Shown: positions 49,451-60,496, counted from the first letter of the whole stretch. The stretch is 63,674 nt of DNA, filler included, from 5 parts of 5 records of this genome joined end to end with filler, not necessarily neighbours in it, one strand, 5' to 3'. The notes: generated by a model from the sequence alone, not told the origin. Numbers and translations: made by a program.

Positions 49451-51361
49451 TTAGCTGAGATGGGCAGCGTTGGCGGGCAAATGCGGCTGCGGGTCCGGGG
49501 TGACGCCGTGCTGGGTTTTGTCCCAGAAGAACGGGCTCACCACAAATTCATGCAGCGCTTTGAATGCGGCCAGCGCCCCCAGCGGGAAATAGAGGGGCGT
49601 GGTGAAGACCCAAGGCATTAGGTGACGATGTCTTTCGCCAGAGGTGGCGATCATCCCGATCAAAAGGTTCAACGTTTCTGACAGGATAAACAGCGTCACC
49701 ATTGCCCAAAGCACCCCATTGCCCATGGTCATCGGCACCGGATGCGGCAAGCCCGCCAGCGCCAGCCAGAATGACCACAGCAGCGGCGCGGCGGCAAATT
49801 GGGCAAAGGTGGCAAGCAGCATGGTCTGCACCCCCATAAACCGCAGCCACCCCAGATCGCGCAGCAAGGCCGCCGGATCGCGCATATGCACCGACCATGT
49901 GATCAAAAAACCTTTGAGCCAGCGCGAGCGTTGCCGCACCCATGGCCACGTCCGGCAATTGGCCTCTTCAAACGTTACGGTATCAAGCAATTCCGTGCGG
50001 TATCCGTGACGGGCCAGCCGCACACCAAGATCGGCGTCCTCGGTGACATTGTGCGCGTCCCAACCACAGAGCTTTTCCAGCAGATCCCGGCGGAAAAACA
50101 ATGTTGTCCCGCCCAGGGGCAACACCAGACCCAGCCGCGCCACACCCGGCAAAAGCACCCGCCACCATGCCGCATATTCTATGGTAAAACAACGCGATAG
50201 CCAATTTGCACTGCTGTTGTAATAGTCCAGCACCCCTTGCAAACAAGCGACATCCGGCGGGGCGGATTGAAAGCGGGTCACAACCTTTTCGATCTGGTCG
50301 GCCTCGGGCGCATCTTCGGCGTCCCAGACACCGATGATCGACCCTTGGCAGAAATTCATCGCATAGTTTAGGGCCCGCGGTTTTGTGGTCAATTGATTGG
50401 CTTCGGGCACCTCGATCACGCTGATCCATTCGGGCAATGTGGTGCGGGCCAATGTCTGGCGTGTCAGATCGTCTGTGGCCTCTAACACCAACACAATTTC
50501 GAGTAGCGATTTGGGATAGGTCAACCGTTCAAGCCGTTTGATCAACGCGCCGGCAATCTCTTTTTCGTGCAACAGCGGGACCAATACGGACACGCGCGGC
50601 ATCCGAAATGGCGCGGACGCCTGAGGCCGGGATTGGCGCGGCGCCCGGTAGCGGTGCATCAGTTCCGCCCAAAGCGCGGCAGCCTTGAGCGTGGTAGACA
50701 TCACCAAAGTCACAACTGCCATCAGCATCAACACGCTCAGCGTCCAAAGCGGTGCGTAGATCAGTGCAATCATCAGACCCGCAATGATCGCCACAGCCCA
50801 ATTGCGCCGCCTTGGCCCGGTGATCTCCCACATCCGGCAGCTTTCGGCGGCGGGCACCTTGCTGGCGGCCTTTTGTGCCAGTTCAGCGCCATACAGGCGG
50901 TTGATGTGTTGTTTGATTTGCGCAGGTGCGGCGATAGCTGGGAACATCCGCTTTCCCGCGTCGCCCATGCACAGGCGTAACCGGTCAAAATTGCCCGGAT
51001 CACTGGTGGCGACCAGCACAATGTCATTCAATGAAATCCACGGAACGACTTGAAATTGCAGACAAATCGAAGCGGGTAGATGGTGGGCCATCAAAAAGGT
51101 TGGTGGCTGTTCATCCAGATTGGCCAACTGCGCCGCCGATTGGCGCGACAGGGCCAGCAAAACGTCGTCGCGCGTGGCTAAACCTTCGGCAACAAGCACT
51201 TCGCCCAAGGGCGCATCGACATGTCGCTGAAGATCCAGCGCATGGACCAGATCCCGATCCCCGATCACCCCCGCCGCCATCAGGTGTTGCCCCAATGGCA
51301 GCCTTTGTGTGACCGGGTCTGCGATCTGCGGGTCAGTCAGCGCCAACCGAAGATTGCTCAT
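49451..51361 (-). CDS. Processive GT2 glycosyltransferase with N-terminal MshEN-like domain
   Basis: Tandem LG..L...G......L..AL..Q motifs; TKPRALN, WDAED, TEDADLG, QRSRW; C-terminal TMs and WDKTQHG. Confidence 0.9.
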   Translation of the reverse strand: MSNLRLALTDPQIADPVTQRLPLGQHLMAAGVIGDRDLVHALDLQRHVDAPLGEVLVAEGLATRDDVLLALSRQSAAQLANLDEQPPTFLMAHHLPASICLQFQVVPWISLNDIVLVATSDPGNFDRLRLCMGDAGKRMFPAIAAPAQIKQHINRLYGAELAQKAASKVPAAESCRMWEITGPRRRNWAVAIIAGLMIALIYAPLWTLSVLMLMAVVTLVMSTTLKAAALWAELMHRYRAPRQSRPQASAPFRMPRVSVLVPLLHEKEIAGALIKRLERLTYPKSLLEIVLVLEATDDLTRQTLARTTLPEWISVIEVPEANQLTTKPRALNYAMNFCQGSIIGVWDAEDAPEADQIEKVVTRFQSAPPDVACLQGVLDYYNSSANWLSRCFTIEYAAWWRVLLPGVARLGLVLPLGGTTLFFRRDLLEKLCGWDAHNVTEDADLGVRLARHGYRTELLDTVTFEEANCRTWPWVRQRSRWLKGFLITWSVHMRDPAALLRDLGWLRFMGVQTMLLATFAQFAAAPLLWSFWLALAGLPHPVPMTMGNGVLWAMVTLFILSETLNLLIGMIATSGERHRHLMPWVFTTPLYFPLGALAAFKALHEFVVSPFFWDKTQHGVTPDPQPHLPANAAHLS

Positions 51362-51408
51362 AACCACATAACCTAACCTGAGACACAGGTCAGCTTTGGC
51401 TGTTCAAG

Positions 51409-51425
51409 GTTAATTTTTCCTTAAC
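51409..51425. promoter_or_regulatory. CtrA binding site
   Basis: GTTAA-TTTTTCC-TTAAC, a full TTAA-N7-TTAA site about 50 bp upstream of the GT2 start. Confidence 0.75.
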
Positions 51426-51463
51426 CAACCGGAATTGCGACCAGAATCGGGTCGCAAAGCGCG

Positions 51464-52621
51464 CTAGGCACGGTTTTCCATCGCCTCGGCGAAACGTTCA
51501 AACAGGTAAAAACTGTCCTGCGGTCCGGGGGAGGCTTCGGGGTGGTGCTGCACCGACCAGACCGGGCGATCCGCCAGACGAATACCGCAGTTGGACCCGT
51601 CAAACAGCGACACATGAGTCTCCACCACACCTTTTGGCAAGGTCTGGGCATCCACGGCAAACCCATGGTTCATCGAGGTGATCTCAACCTTGCCGGTGTC
51701 GTTGTCCTTGACCGGATGGTTGGCGCCATGATGGCCGTGGCTCATCTTGATGGTTTTGGCACCCAAAGCCAGCGCAAGCATCTGATGCCCAAGGCAAATT
51801 CCAAAAACCGGCAAGTCTGTCTTGTCCAGCACATCGCGGATCATGGGCACGGCATATGCGCCTGTTGCCGCCGGATCACCGGGGCCGTTGGACAGGAAAA
51901 CACCGTCAGGATTATGCGCCATCACATCATCATAGGATGCCGTGGCGGGGAGCACTGTCACATCACATCCAGCTGAGGCAAGGCAGCGCAGGATGTTGCG
52001 TTTTGCACCATAATCGACCGCGACAACCTTGTATTTGGGGTTCTCATTCGGGGCATAGCCATCAGGCCAGGCCCAGCGGGTCTCGTTCCAGCGGTAGGAT
52101 TGGGCGCAGGTCACTTCCTTGGCCAGATCCATGCCTTCCAATCCGGCAAAGGCGCGGGCCTTTGTTACCAGATCTTCAATGTCGAAGTTGCCCTCCGGGT
52201 CATGGGCGATGGCAACATGGGGCGCGCCGCTTTGCCGGATGGCGCGGGTCAGGCGGCGGGTGTCAACGCCGCCGATCGCGATGCGGCCCCGCGCCGAGAG
52301 CCATTCCGACAAGGTCTGCACGTTGCGCCAGTTGCTGGGATCCGTGGGCATCCATTTGACGACCATGCCCGCGGCAACCGGATCGCCGGTCTCGTCATCC
52401 TCGGGGTTGGTGCCGGTATTGCCGATATGGGGAAAGGTGAAGGTCACGATCTGCCCCGCATAGGACGGGTCGGTCATGATCTCCTGATAGCCGGTCATTG
52501 CTGTGTTAAAACAAAGCTCTGCAACGGTTTCACCGGTGGCACCAAAGCCCATGCCGTAGAAAATTGAACCGTCCGCCAGTACAAGACAGGCAGTCGGGCG
52601 AGGTGAAGTGGGCGCGGACAT
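51464..52621 (-). CDS. carA: Carbamoyl-phosphate synthase small subunit
   Basis: FNTAMTGYQE, LSNGPGDP, GICLGHQ, QHHPEASPGP. Confidence 0.98.
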   Translation of the reverse strand: MSAPTSPRPTACLVLADGSIFYGMGFGATGETVAELCFNTAMTGYQEIMTDPSYAGQIVTFTFPHIGNTGTNPEDDETGDPVAAGMVVKWMPTDPSNWRNVQTLSEWLSARGRIAIGGVDTRRLTRAIRQSGAPHVAIAHDPEGNFDIEDLVTKARAFAGLEGMDLAKEVTCAQSYRWNETRWAWPDGYAPNENPKYKVVAVDYGAKRNILRCLASAGCDVTVLPATASYDDVMAHNPDGVFLSNGPGDPAATGAYAVPMIRDVLDKTDLPVFGICLGHQMLALALGAKTIKMSHGHHGANHPVKDNDTGKVEITSMNHGFAVDAQTLPKGVVETHVSLFDGSNCGIRLADRPVWSVQHHPEASPGPQDSFYLFERFAEAMENRA

Positions 52622-52816
52622 GGGCAGCCTCCGGGCGGGATGTGTCTGGATAAATCTGCGCGAACCTAATGCCGGGGCGGGCTGTGGTCAAGACTTGTTG
52701 AAAAATGAGATGTCTTTGAAAAACAATACCTTAGCTGCTTTGATGCCCATTGCCTGCCGCGCAGTCTACAGGTATGGTCCGAAGCTTAGTATCGATCAGA
52801 GCACAGGACCGACCCC

Positions 52817-53275
52817 ATGACTTTGCGCACCCGCATCTCAGATGCCCTCAAACAAGCCATGCGAGACAAGGCCGCTGAGCGGCTTTCGACCTTGCGGTTG
52901 ATCAATGCTGCGATCAAGGACAAGGACATCGCCAGCCGCGCCACCGGCAGTGACGATGGCGCCAGCGAGGCCGAGGTGCTGGCGATCCTTGGCAAAATGG
53001 CCAAACAAAGGATGGAATCGGCGCGGGCCTATGAAGAGGGCGGGCGTCTGGATCTGGCTGAGCGGGAGCGTCAGGAGATCACCGTGATCGAAGAATTTCT
53101 GCCCCGGCAGTTGGATGATGCCGAGGTTGAAGCCGCGGTTGAGGCGGCGATTTCTGAGGTGGGTGCGTCGTCTATTCGCGACATGGGCAAGGTCATTGGC
53201 CTGCTCAAAACCAAATACACCGGGCGGATGGATTTTGGCGCTGTTGGGCCCAAGGTGAAGAACCGCCTGGGCTGA
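52817..53275 (+). CDS. GatB/YqeY domain protein
   Basis: LKQAMR..LSTLRLI.AAIK, GGRLDLAERE, FLPRQL, DMGKV. Confidence 0.95.
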   Translation: MTLRTRISDALKQAMRDKAAERLSTLRLINAAIKDKDIASRATGSDDGASEAEVLAILGKMAKQRMESARAYEEGGRLDLAERERQEITVIEEFLPRQLDDAEVEAAVEAAISEVGASSIRDMGKVIGLLKTKYTGRMDFGAVGPKVKNRLG

Positions 53276-53377
53276 GTTCTCCACAGGGCAGGGTTTCGTA
53301 CTTATCCTATTTTGATCAAAGACTTGATGGCGTCACCTCATGCACCGCATGAGGCGTTTGTCCACAGGCACTAGCGG

Positions 53378-54022
53378 TTAATTCTTTGGCTTCTGCGCGA
53401 TCAGAAATACGGCTTTACGCTTGCCGGGACGCCAGCAGGTGTGGATCTTCAGCCCCGCATCCTGCACCGCGCTTTCCAGATCACGTTTGCGCAGGAAGTT
53501 GATGCGCGGCAACAAGCCAAGCGCCCGTCCGGGCCATGCGATCAGTTTGAATGCAGACAGCCCTTCGGACATACAGATGGTGCTGGTCACGAGATAGCCG
53601 CCAGGGGCCAGCATATTGGCCATGTTGTCAATCACCTTGCGATGATCCTTGACCAAATGCAGCAGGCTGTGGGCCATGATCATATCATAGGGTTGATCTG
53701 GGCGCGGGACATCCTCGGCGGCACATTCGACAAAGGTGATGTTGGACACCGAAGCATTCCATGCCTTTTCGCGGGCAATATCCAGCATGCCGGATGACAG
53801 GTCCGTCGCTGTGATATGCGCCACATTGGGCGCATGATGAATCGCCGTGGACCCGGTGCCACAGCCGATCTCAAGCACCCGCATGTCAGGGCGCATCAAT
53901 GCTGCGGTTTCGCGCAGTTTGCGTTCATAGTTTTCCACATCGGAAATCGTGCTGCGGGCATAGCCGGGGGCCATACGGTTCCAGAACCGGCTTTCGGGGT
54001 GAGGTTTGCTGAGATTGGTCAT
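53378..54022 (-). CDS. Class I SAM methyltransferase
   Basis: FWNRMA, VLEIGCGTG, LAPGGYL; divergent from the LysR gene. Confidence 0.9.
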   Translation of the reverse strand: MTNLSKPHPESRFWNRMAPGYARSTISDVENYERKLRETAALMRPDMRVLEIGCGTGSTAIHHAPNVAHITATDLSSGMLDIAREKAWNASVSNITFVECAAEDVPRPDQPYDMIMAHSLLHLVKDHRKVIDNMANMLAPGGYLVTSTICMSEGLSAFKLIAWPGRALGLLPRINFLRKRDLESAVQDAGLKIHTCWRPGKRKAVFLIAQKPKN

Positions 54023-54116
54023 TGGAGGTCCATGCATTTGAGGCTTGCGGATTGGCTACACCATGAGAAAATTTTGGGGAATTGACTAAATTTGGTGAAT
54101 CGCTATGCAAATTTGT

Positions 54117-55001
54117 ATGGATTGGCGATTGATCAATTTCGATTGGAACAGGGCGCGGGCGTTTTTGGTCACGGCCGAAGAAGGGTCGCTGTCCGCCGCG
54201 GCGCGGGCGCTTGGTCTGACGCAACCGACCTTGGGCCGGCAGGTGGCCGCGCTGGAAGAGGAACTGGGCGTCGCGTTGTTTGAGCGGGCAGGGCATGGGC
54301 TGATGCTGACGCCCTCCGGGCTTGAAATGATGGATCACGTGCGCGCCATGGGGCAGGCTGCTGGCGGGCTATCGCGGGTGGCATCGGGGCAATCGCAAAC
54401 GGCGGAGGGGCTGGTCAGCATCACCGCCAGCGAGATCCTTTCGGTCTATAACCTGCCGCCAGTTTTGGCCAAGTTGCGGCAGGCGCATCCGGGCATTCGC
54501 ATTGATATCGTGGCCAGCAACGAGCTGCGGGATCTGCGCCGCCGCGAGGCCGATATTGCCCTGCGCAATGTCCGTCCCACCGATCCGCAATTGATCGCCC
54601 GAAAGCTGCGCAACGGGCGGGCCAGCCTTTATGCCGCGCAGGGTTATGTGCGCGATCACGGTCCCTTTGACACGCTCAAGTCCTTGGTGACGGCTGATTT
54701 TATCGGCTTTGCCGACAATGATATTTTGATTGACGGCTTGAACGCGGCGGGCGTGCCGGTGACGGCAGACAACTTTGTTCTGACCAGCGCGACCCATCTT
54801 GTGCAATGGCAAATGGTGCAGCAACGGCTTGGTATCGGGATCATGACCGATGATGTGGCGGCACAAACGGCGGGGGTGGTGCGGTTGATGCCGGGAATTG
54901 ATCCTTTCGAGATCGAAACCTGGCTGGTGGCCCACCGCGAGTTGAGCACAAGCCGGCGGATGCGCATTGTGTTTGACTATCTGGTTGAGGCGCTTGGCTG
55001 A
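54117..55001 (+). CDS. LysR-family regulator
   Basis: EEGSLSAAARALGLTQPTLGRQVAALE, RREADIALR. Confidence 0.95.
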   Translation: MDWRLINFDWNRARAFLVTAEEGSLSAAARALGLTQPTLGRQVAALEEELGVALFERAGHGLMLTPSGLEMMDHVRAMGQAAGGLSRVASGQSQTAEGLVSITASEILSVYNLPPVLAKLRQAHPGIRIDIVASNELRDLRRREADIALRNVRPTDPQLIARKLRNGRASLYAAQGYVRDHGPFDTLKSLVTADFIGFADNDILIDGLNAAGVPVTADNFVLTSATHLVQWQMVQQRLGIGIMTDDVAAQTAGVVRLMPGIDPFEIETWLVAHRELSTSRRMRIVFDYLVEALG

Positions 55002-55483
55002 TCGGGGGGCAGACGGCGTTGCAGGTCTTCAAACAGGGCGATGCGTTCGTCCTCGGACAGGAAGGCACCGATCTCGACCTCGCGCCCCTTGCCGCGCAGG
55101 GTCACGTAATGCGGGACCGGTCCGTCGCTGTCGTATTTCGTGACCTGAGCCCAATAGCGGTTGCATTCCCAGTCTTTCACATCGCCTTTTGCCGTGGTGT
55201 GGCGCAGGTGGGTCATCTCCTGATCGAGGGTCAGCACCTCTTCGATCAGGCGGGATTTGTGATTGCGTTGCAGGGCAAAGTACATCCCCGCCACCGCCAG
55301 CAGGACAAAGGGCAACAAACCCCACAGCAGCGCCGTGCCCAGCAAGGGCAGGGTCGGGATGAGGATCAGCGTGAACGTCACGAGGATGAAACCGGCAAAG
55401 CCGCGTGGCGGCAGCGATTGGTGCGGCCAAAGGCGCAATTGCTGGGGTATCTCGCCGGGCTGTGTGGTCCATTTGTAGGGCAT
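54977..55483 (-). CDS. DUF2244-like membrane protein
   Basis: LWPHQSL, two TMs, GREVEIGAFLSEDER. Confidence 0.8.
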   Translation of the reverse strand: MPYKWTTQPGEIPQQLRLWPHQSLPPRGFAGFILVTFTLILIPTLPLLGTALLWGLLPFVLLAVAGMYFALQRNHKSRLIEEVLTLDQEMTHLRHTTAKGDVKDWECNRYWAQVTKYDSDGPVPHYVTLRGKGREVEIGAFLSEDERIALFEDLQRRLPPDQPSASTR

Positions 55484-55564
55484 TGGATCCGTGCCTTTGA
55501 TTCCGTGGAAGGCCAAAGATAGCGGTGCGCGGCGCCGGGGCAATGCGGCACGGCGCAGCAGCGT

Positions 55565-55939
55565 TCAGGTGCCGATCAGATCCCAGCGATTGCCAAAGAT
55601 ATCGCGGAACACGGCGACAGTGCCGTAAACCTCGTGGCGCGGTTCTTCTTCAAAGGTGACGCCAGCCGCCAAAAGCCGCGCATGATCTTCGGCAAAATCA
55701 TCGGTTTGCAAGAACAACCAGACGCGGCCCGCACCTTGATCACCAATCGCGGCGGTCTGCCGCGCGTCTGCCGCCTGGGCCAGAATGAACCCCGCACCGC
55801 CGCCGGGCGGTGTGACCCGGACCCAACGTTTGTGCCCCTGGTCAATATCTTCGCTGAGTTCAAACCCCATTTGCCCGCAGTAAAAGGCAATGGCGGCATC
55901 ATAGTCGGGGACAATCAAGGTCAGGGCAAAAAGGCGCAT
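55565..55939 (-). CDS. VOC family protein
   Basis: VPDYDAAIAFY, KRWV, YGTVAVFRDIFGNRWDL. Confidence 0.92.
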   Translation of the reverse strand: MRLFALTLIVPDYDAAIAFYCGQMGFELSEDIDQGHKRWVRVTPPGGGAGFILAQAADARQTAAIGDQGAGRVWLFLQTDDFAEDHARLLAAGVTFEEEPRHEVYGTVAVFRDIFGNRWDLIGT

Positions 55940-56037
55940 GGCATGTCAATGCAAGGTTCGCGCCAGATGATCAAGGCAGGGCATGTAGGAAGGCAGGATC
56001 AGTTGCACGCAGCCGCACCAGCCCCCATATTGCCCCT

Positions 56038-57267
56038 ATGCAGCCAGACCCAAACCTCAGCAGTCATGACGCCATCGCCGAATGGCTTGTCCTTCAGGGC
56101 ATCTATGGAACCTCGCAGGAAGATCTGCTCGAAGGGTATTGCACCCGGATACTACAGGCCGGATTGCCGGTGCAGCGGGTGCATGTGGCACAGCGGGCCT
56201 ATCATCCCGAGTATGGCGGTTTTGGCTACAACTGGCAGCGCGATGCCGGCATGGAGCGCGATTCCTATGAACACACGGATGCACCGCTGGATGTCTGGTT
56301 GGCCAGCCCGCTATATTATCTGCTGAGCGTAGATGAAGCCGATTTGCGGATCAGCCTCGAAGAGGGCGACCCGCCCGCCCGGTTTCCGTTTCTGTCCGAA
56401 TTGAAAGACCGCGGGTGTACCGACTATTTTGCCGCCAAGGTCAGCTTTGAACAGCCGCGCAATTCGCTGGCCACCAACCCGGACGATCCTGCCGAGGGAT
56501 TGATGATGTCCTGGACCAGCGACAGCGAAGGCGGGTTTTCAGCTGAAAATCTTGCCACCTTACGCCGGTTGTTGCCCTACCTGGGGCTTGCGCTGAAATC
56601 GGCGTCGAACCGGCAGATGGCCAGCGATATTGTACAAACCTATCTGGGCGCGGACGCCGGCGAACGGGTTTTGTCGGGCGACATTGTGCGCGGCTCGTCC
56701 GAGACGATACATGCGGTGATCTGGTATTTCGATCTGCGCGGCTTCACCAAACTGTCGGAACGGATTGCCGGTCATGCGGTCATTGATATGCTCAATGACT
56801 ACTTTGGCGAAGTTGTCGGGCTGGTCGAAGGGCACGGCGGTAACGTCTTGAAATTTATGGGCGATGGCCTGCTTGCGATCTTTGACTGTAGCAAGGATGC
56901 CGGGGCGGTGGACAACGCGCTGGAGGCGGCGATTCAGGTGGGGGAGCGGATGGCGGCGGTCAGTGCCCGGCGGGCAGCAGACGGTTTGACCACCACCGAT
57001 TACTCTCTCTCGCTGCATCTTGGCGATGTGCTTTATGGGAATATCGGCGGCAAGGCGCGGCTGGATTTCACGGTGATCGGCGCTGCGGTCAATCAAACGG
57101 CCCGCATTCAGGGCATGTGCGGGCCGCTGGATCGCAATTTTATCATGTCCGCGCAGGTCGCGCGGCAGGTCACAGGCCGCAAGGCGCAGGTGATCTCGCT
57201 GGGCCCCTATATGCTGCGCGGAGTCGAAGGGCCGCAGGAATTGTTCACGCTGTATTTGGGCAGTTAA
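56038..57267 (+). CDS. Class III adenylate cyclase with N-terminal sensory (GAF-like) region
   Basis: FDLRGFT, KFMGDG, LDFTVIG.AVN..AR; Lys/Asp pair indicates ATP specificity. Confidence 0.92.
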   Translation: MQPDPNLSSHDAIAEWLVLQGIYGTSQEDLLEGYCTRILQAGLPVQRVHVAQRAYHPEYGGFGYNWQRDAGMERDSYEHTDAPLDVWLASPLYYLLSVDEADLRISLEEGDPPARFPFLSELKDRGCTDYFAAKVSFEQPRNSLATNPDDPAEGLMMSWTSDSEGGFSAENLATLRRLLPYLGLALKSASNRQMASDIVQTYLGADAGERVLSGDIVRGSSETIHAVIWYFDLRGFTKLSERIAGHAVIDMLNDYFGEVVGLVEGHGGNVLKFMGDGLLAIFDCSKDAGAVDNALEAAIQVGERMAAVSARRAADGLTTTDYSLSLHLGDVLYGNIGGKARLDFTVIGAAVNQTARIQGMCGPLDRNFIMSAQVARQVTGRKAQVISLGPYMLRGVEGPQELFTLYLGS

Positions 57268-57303
57268 ACGCAGGGCGGCGGTGAACCGCCCTGCCGATAA
57301 CCT

Positions 57304-58156
57304 TTATTCCAACTCGACCAGCAGGTCTTTGGCGTCGATCTGGCCGCCTGCCTGCACATGCACGGCTTTGACAACCGCGTCACGCTCGGCGTGGATGCCG
57401 GTTTCCATCTTCATCGCTTCGATGGTCAGCAGCAGATCGCCCGCATGCACGGTTTGCCCGACCACAGCCCCGACAGAAGCCACAACCCCCGGCATTGGCG
57501 CACCGATGTGGTTGTCATTGCCCGCCTCGGCTTTGGGCCGCTGCTGGGTTGCGGATTTGACCAGACGGTTGGGCACCCGGATCACACGCGGCTGGCCGTT
57601 AAGCTCAAAGAACACTTTGACCTCGCCGTCTTCGGTGGTCTCGCTCATCGCTTGCATGCGAATTTCGAGGGTCTTGCCGGGGTCGATCTCGGCCGAGATT
57701 TCTTCGCCCGGTTCCATGCCGTAAAAGAACGTCTGCGTGGGCAGGGTACGCACCGGGCCATAGCTGCGGTGGCGGCCCATGTAATCAAGGAAAACCTTGG
57801 GATACATCAGATAACCGCAGAGATCCTCATCGTCAATCGCCATGCCTTCGAGTTGTGCAGACAGCTCGGCGCGGACCGCTTCGAGGTCTACCGGCTCAAG
57901 GTGTTTGCCGGGGCGTTCGGTGTTGGGCGCTTCGCCTTTGAGCACCTTTTTGACGATCCCGTCAGGGAAGCCGCCGGGAGGCTGGCCCAGATTGCCGCGC
58001 ATCATGTCGATGACACTGTCGGGGAAGGCCACATCGGTTTCGGGGTTTTCCACATCGGGGCGGCTCAGCCCTTGGGACACCATCATCAGCGCCATGTCGC
58101 CCACAACCTTGGAGGAGGGCGTCACTTTGACGATATCGCCAAACATCTGGTTCACA
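57304..58156 (-). CDS. pyc: Pyruvate carboxylase, C-terminal part
   Basis: IVKVTPSSKVVGD, FFELNGQPR, GAPMPG, EAMKM biotin site. Confidence 0.96.
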
Positions 58157-58256
58157 NNNNNNNNNNNNNNNNNNNNNNNNNNNNNNNNNNNNNNNNNNNN
58201 TTAATTAATTAANNNNNNNNNNNNNNNNNNNNNNNNNNNNNNNNNNNNNNNNNNNN
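58157..58256. other. Artificial contig spacer
   Basis: N-run, TTAATTAATTAA, N-run. Confidence 0.99.
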
Positions 58257-58400
58257 GGCCCGGGCCATGTGCTCTTCGGCGCTGCCATGGGAAAAATTCA
58301 GGCGAGTCACGTCAACGCCAGCCTTGATGATGGCGGCAAGTGACTCCGGTGTGTCTGTGGCGGGGCCGAGCGTGGCGACAATTTTCGTGCGCCTGAGCAT
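58257..58400 (-). CDS. pyk: Pyruvate kinase, N-terminal fragment
   Basis: [22 protein letters not shown]. Confidence 0.95.
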
Positions 58401-58562
58401 ATGTGGGTGTCCTTATTCCAGGTTAGCCGGTATGGTCGAAGAGTCGACAGTGCCGGCGGTCAATGAAAACGGGTGCCAGTATATGAACTACTGATGACCC
58501 TTCTGTGACACGGTTTCACCTCGCTAGAGGTTCGAGGGCTCCCGATGCCTGCTTTCGTGATA

Positions 58563-58578
58563 TGTAGTAAAGTTACCA
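58563..58578. promoter_or_regulatory. Possible HexR operator
   Basis: TGTAGTAAAGTTACCA resembles TGTART-N3-AYTACA and lies between pyk and edd, typical HexR targets; the right half is imperfect. Confidence 0.45.
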
Positions 58579-58675
58579 AAATAATGGCGATAATTTTTTG
58601 CTGTGTCTATGTTTTGAAGCGTTTTTTACTATTCTTTGTTCTATGTTCGAGTGAATCCGTAGAGGAGGCTGCAGG

Positions 58676-60496
58676 ATGCATCCAACCATAGTGAAGGTTA
58701 CTCAAAGAATTGTGGCCCGAAGTCAAGCCACGCGGCAAGAGTACCTCTGTCGTATGGCGGCGCTGAAAAAGAACTCCCCCCAACGGGGCACGCTGTCCTG
58801 TGGCAACCTTGCCCACGGCTTTGCCGCCTGTAATCAGGCGGATAAGAACACGCTCAAGTTGATGAACAAGGCCAACGTGGCAATCGTAACGGCCTACAAC
58901 GATATGCTTTCGGCTCATCAACCCTACCAACAGTTCCCCGATATCATCCGCGAGGCGGCCCATGGTATGGGGTCGGTGGCCCAGGTTGCCGGGGGCACAC
59001 CCGCCATGTGTGATGGCGTGACCCAGGGGCAGCCTGGCATGGAGCTCAGCCTGTTCTCCCGGGACACGATCGCCATGAGCACGGCGGTTGCTCTCAGCCA
59101 CAACATGTTTGATGCCACGCTGTTGTTGGGGATCTGCGACAAGATTGTTCCGGGGCTGCTCATCGGATCGCTGAGTTTTGGCTATCTGCCGACCATACTG
59201 GTACCCGCCGGCCCCATGCCGTCCGGATTGCCCAACAAAGAGAAGCAGCGCATCCGTCAGCTCTATGCTGAAGGCAGGATTGGCAAAGAGGAGTTGCTGG
59301 AAGCCGAGAGCAAGTCATACCACAGTCCCGGTACCTGTACCTTTTATGGCACCGCCAACAGCAACCAGCTGTTGGTTGAGGTGATGGGGCTGCACTTGCC
59401 GGGTGCCGCCTTTGTGAATCCAGGCACACCGCTGCGTGATGCGCTGACCAGGGCAGCGACGGAACAGGTTATCCGGTTATCGAAACCTAACGGTGGAGAT
59501 CTGGGGCTGGGCGATATGGTAGACGAAAAGAGCATCGTCAATGCTCTGGTCGCCCTGCTGGTAACGGGCGGCTCAACCAACCACACCATTCACTGGATAG
59601 CCATCGCCCGCGCTGCCGGCATCATCATTGACTGGAATGACTATGCCGAGCTTTCTGCGGTTGTGCCCTCGTTGACCCGTATCTATCCCAATGGCCAGGA
59701 GGATGTGAATGCCTTCCACGAGGCGGGTGGTACGCCGTTCCTGATCCGCGAACTGCTTGCTGGCGGATACCTGCATAACGACGTGCACACAGTGATGGGC
59801 CCAGGCCTGGAGCAGTACGCCCGCATGCCGGAACTCGACGATGGTAAGCCCGCCTGGAAGCCTGCAGCTGAGCAAAGTGCCATGCCGGAGGTACTCCGTG
59901 GTGTGGCCCAGCCTTTTGCGCCGGATGGTGGGCTCAGGGTGCTGGAGGGCAATCTGGGCAGGGGCGTGATCAAGGTCTCGGCAGTCGCGCCTGAGCACCA
60001 TACCATTGAGGCCCCGGCCGTGGTATTCAACGATCAGAACGAGCTCAAGGCGGCCTTCGAGGCCGGAGAGCTGAATCGGGATTGCGTTGTGGTTGTGCGA
60101 TTTCAAGGTCCCCGTGCCAATGGTATGCCGGAGCTACACAAACTCACCCCTTATCTGGGGGTGTTGCAGGACAGGGGCTACAAAGTGGGCCTGGTGACGG
60201 ATGGCCGGATGTCTGGCGCTTCCGGGAAAGTGCCTGCCGCCATCCACGTATACCCCGAAGCGTTAGATGGCGGACCTTTGGCCCGAGTTGAAGACGGGGA
60301 TACCGTTGTCCTGGACGCCCGCAACGGAACCCTCAGCATCAGGGTAGAGGATGACGTGCTGGCCGCTCGCAGGCCTGCAACGACGGATCTGTCCGGCTAT
60401 CATACGGGCTACGGGCGGGAGCTGTTTGGTTGGTTCCGTCGTTCGGCAAGCAACCCTGAAAAAGGTGCCAGTTTTTTCTGGAACCACGAGGCATGA
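58676..60496 (+). CDS. edd: 6-phosphogluconate dehydratase
   Basis: [55 protein letters not shown]. Confidence 0.98.
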   Translation: MHPTIVKVTQRIVARSQATRQEYLCRMAALKKNSPQRGTLSCGNLAHGFAACNQADKNTLKLMNKANVAIVTAYNDMLSAHQPYQQFPDIIREAAHGMGSVAQVAGGTPAMCDGVTQGQPGMELSLFSRDTIAMSTAVALSHNMFDATLLLGICDKIVPGLLIGSLSFGYLPTILVPAGPMPSGLPNKEKQRIRQLYAEGRIGKEELLEAESKSYHSPGTCTFYGTANSNQLLVEVMGLHLPGAAFVNPGTPLRDALTRAATEQVIRLSKPNGGDLGLGDMVDEKSIVNALVALLVTGGSTNHTIHWIAIARAAGIIIDWNDYAELSAVVPSLTRIYPNGQEDVNAFHEAGGTPFLIRELLAGGYLHNDVHTVMGPGLEQYARMPELDDGKPAWKPAAEQSAMPEVLRGVAQPFAPDGGLRVLEGNLGRGVIKVSAVAPEHHTIEAPAVVFNDQNELKAAFEAGELNRDCVVVVRFQGPRANGMPELHKLTPYLGVLQDRGYKVGLVTDGRMSGASGKVPAAIHVYPEALDGGPLARVEDGDTVVLDARNGTLSIRVEDDVLAARRPATTDLSGYHTGYGRELFGWFRRSASNPEKGASFFWNHEA

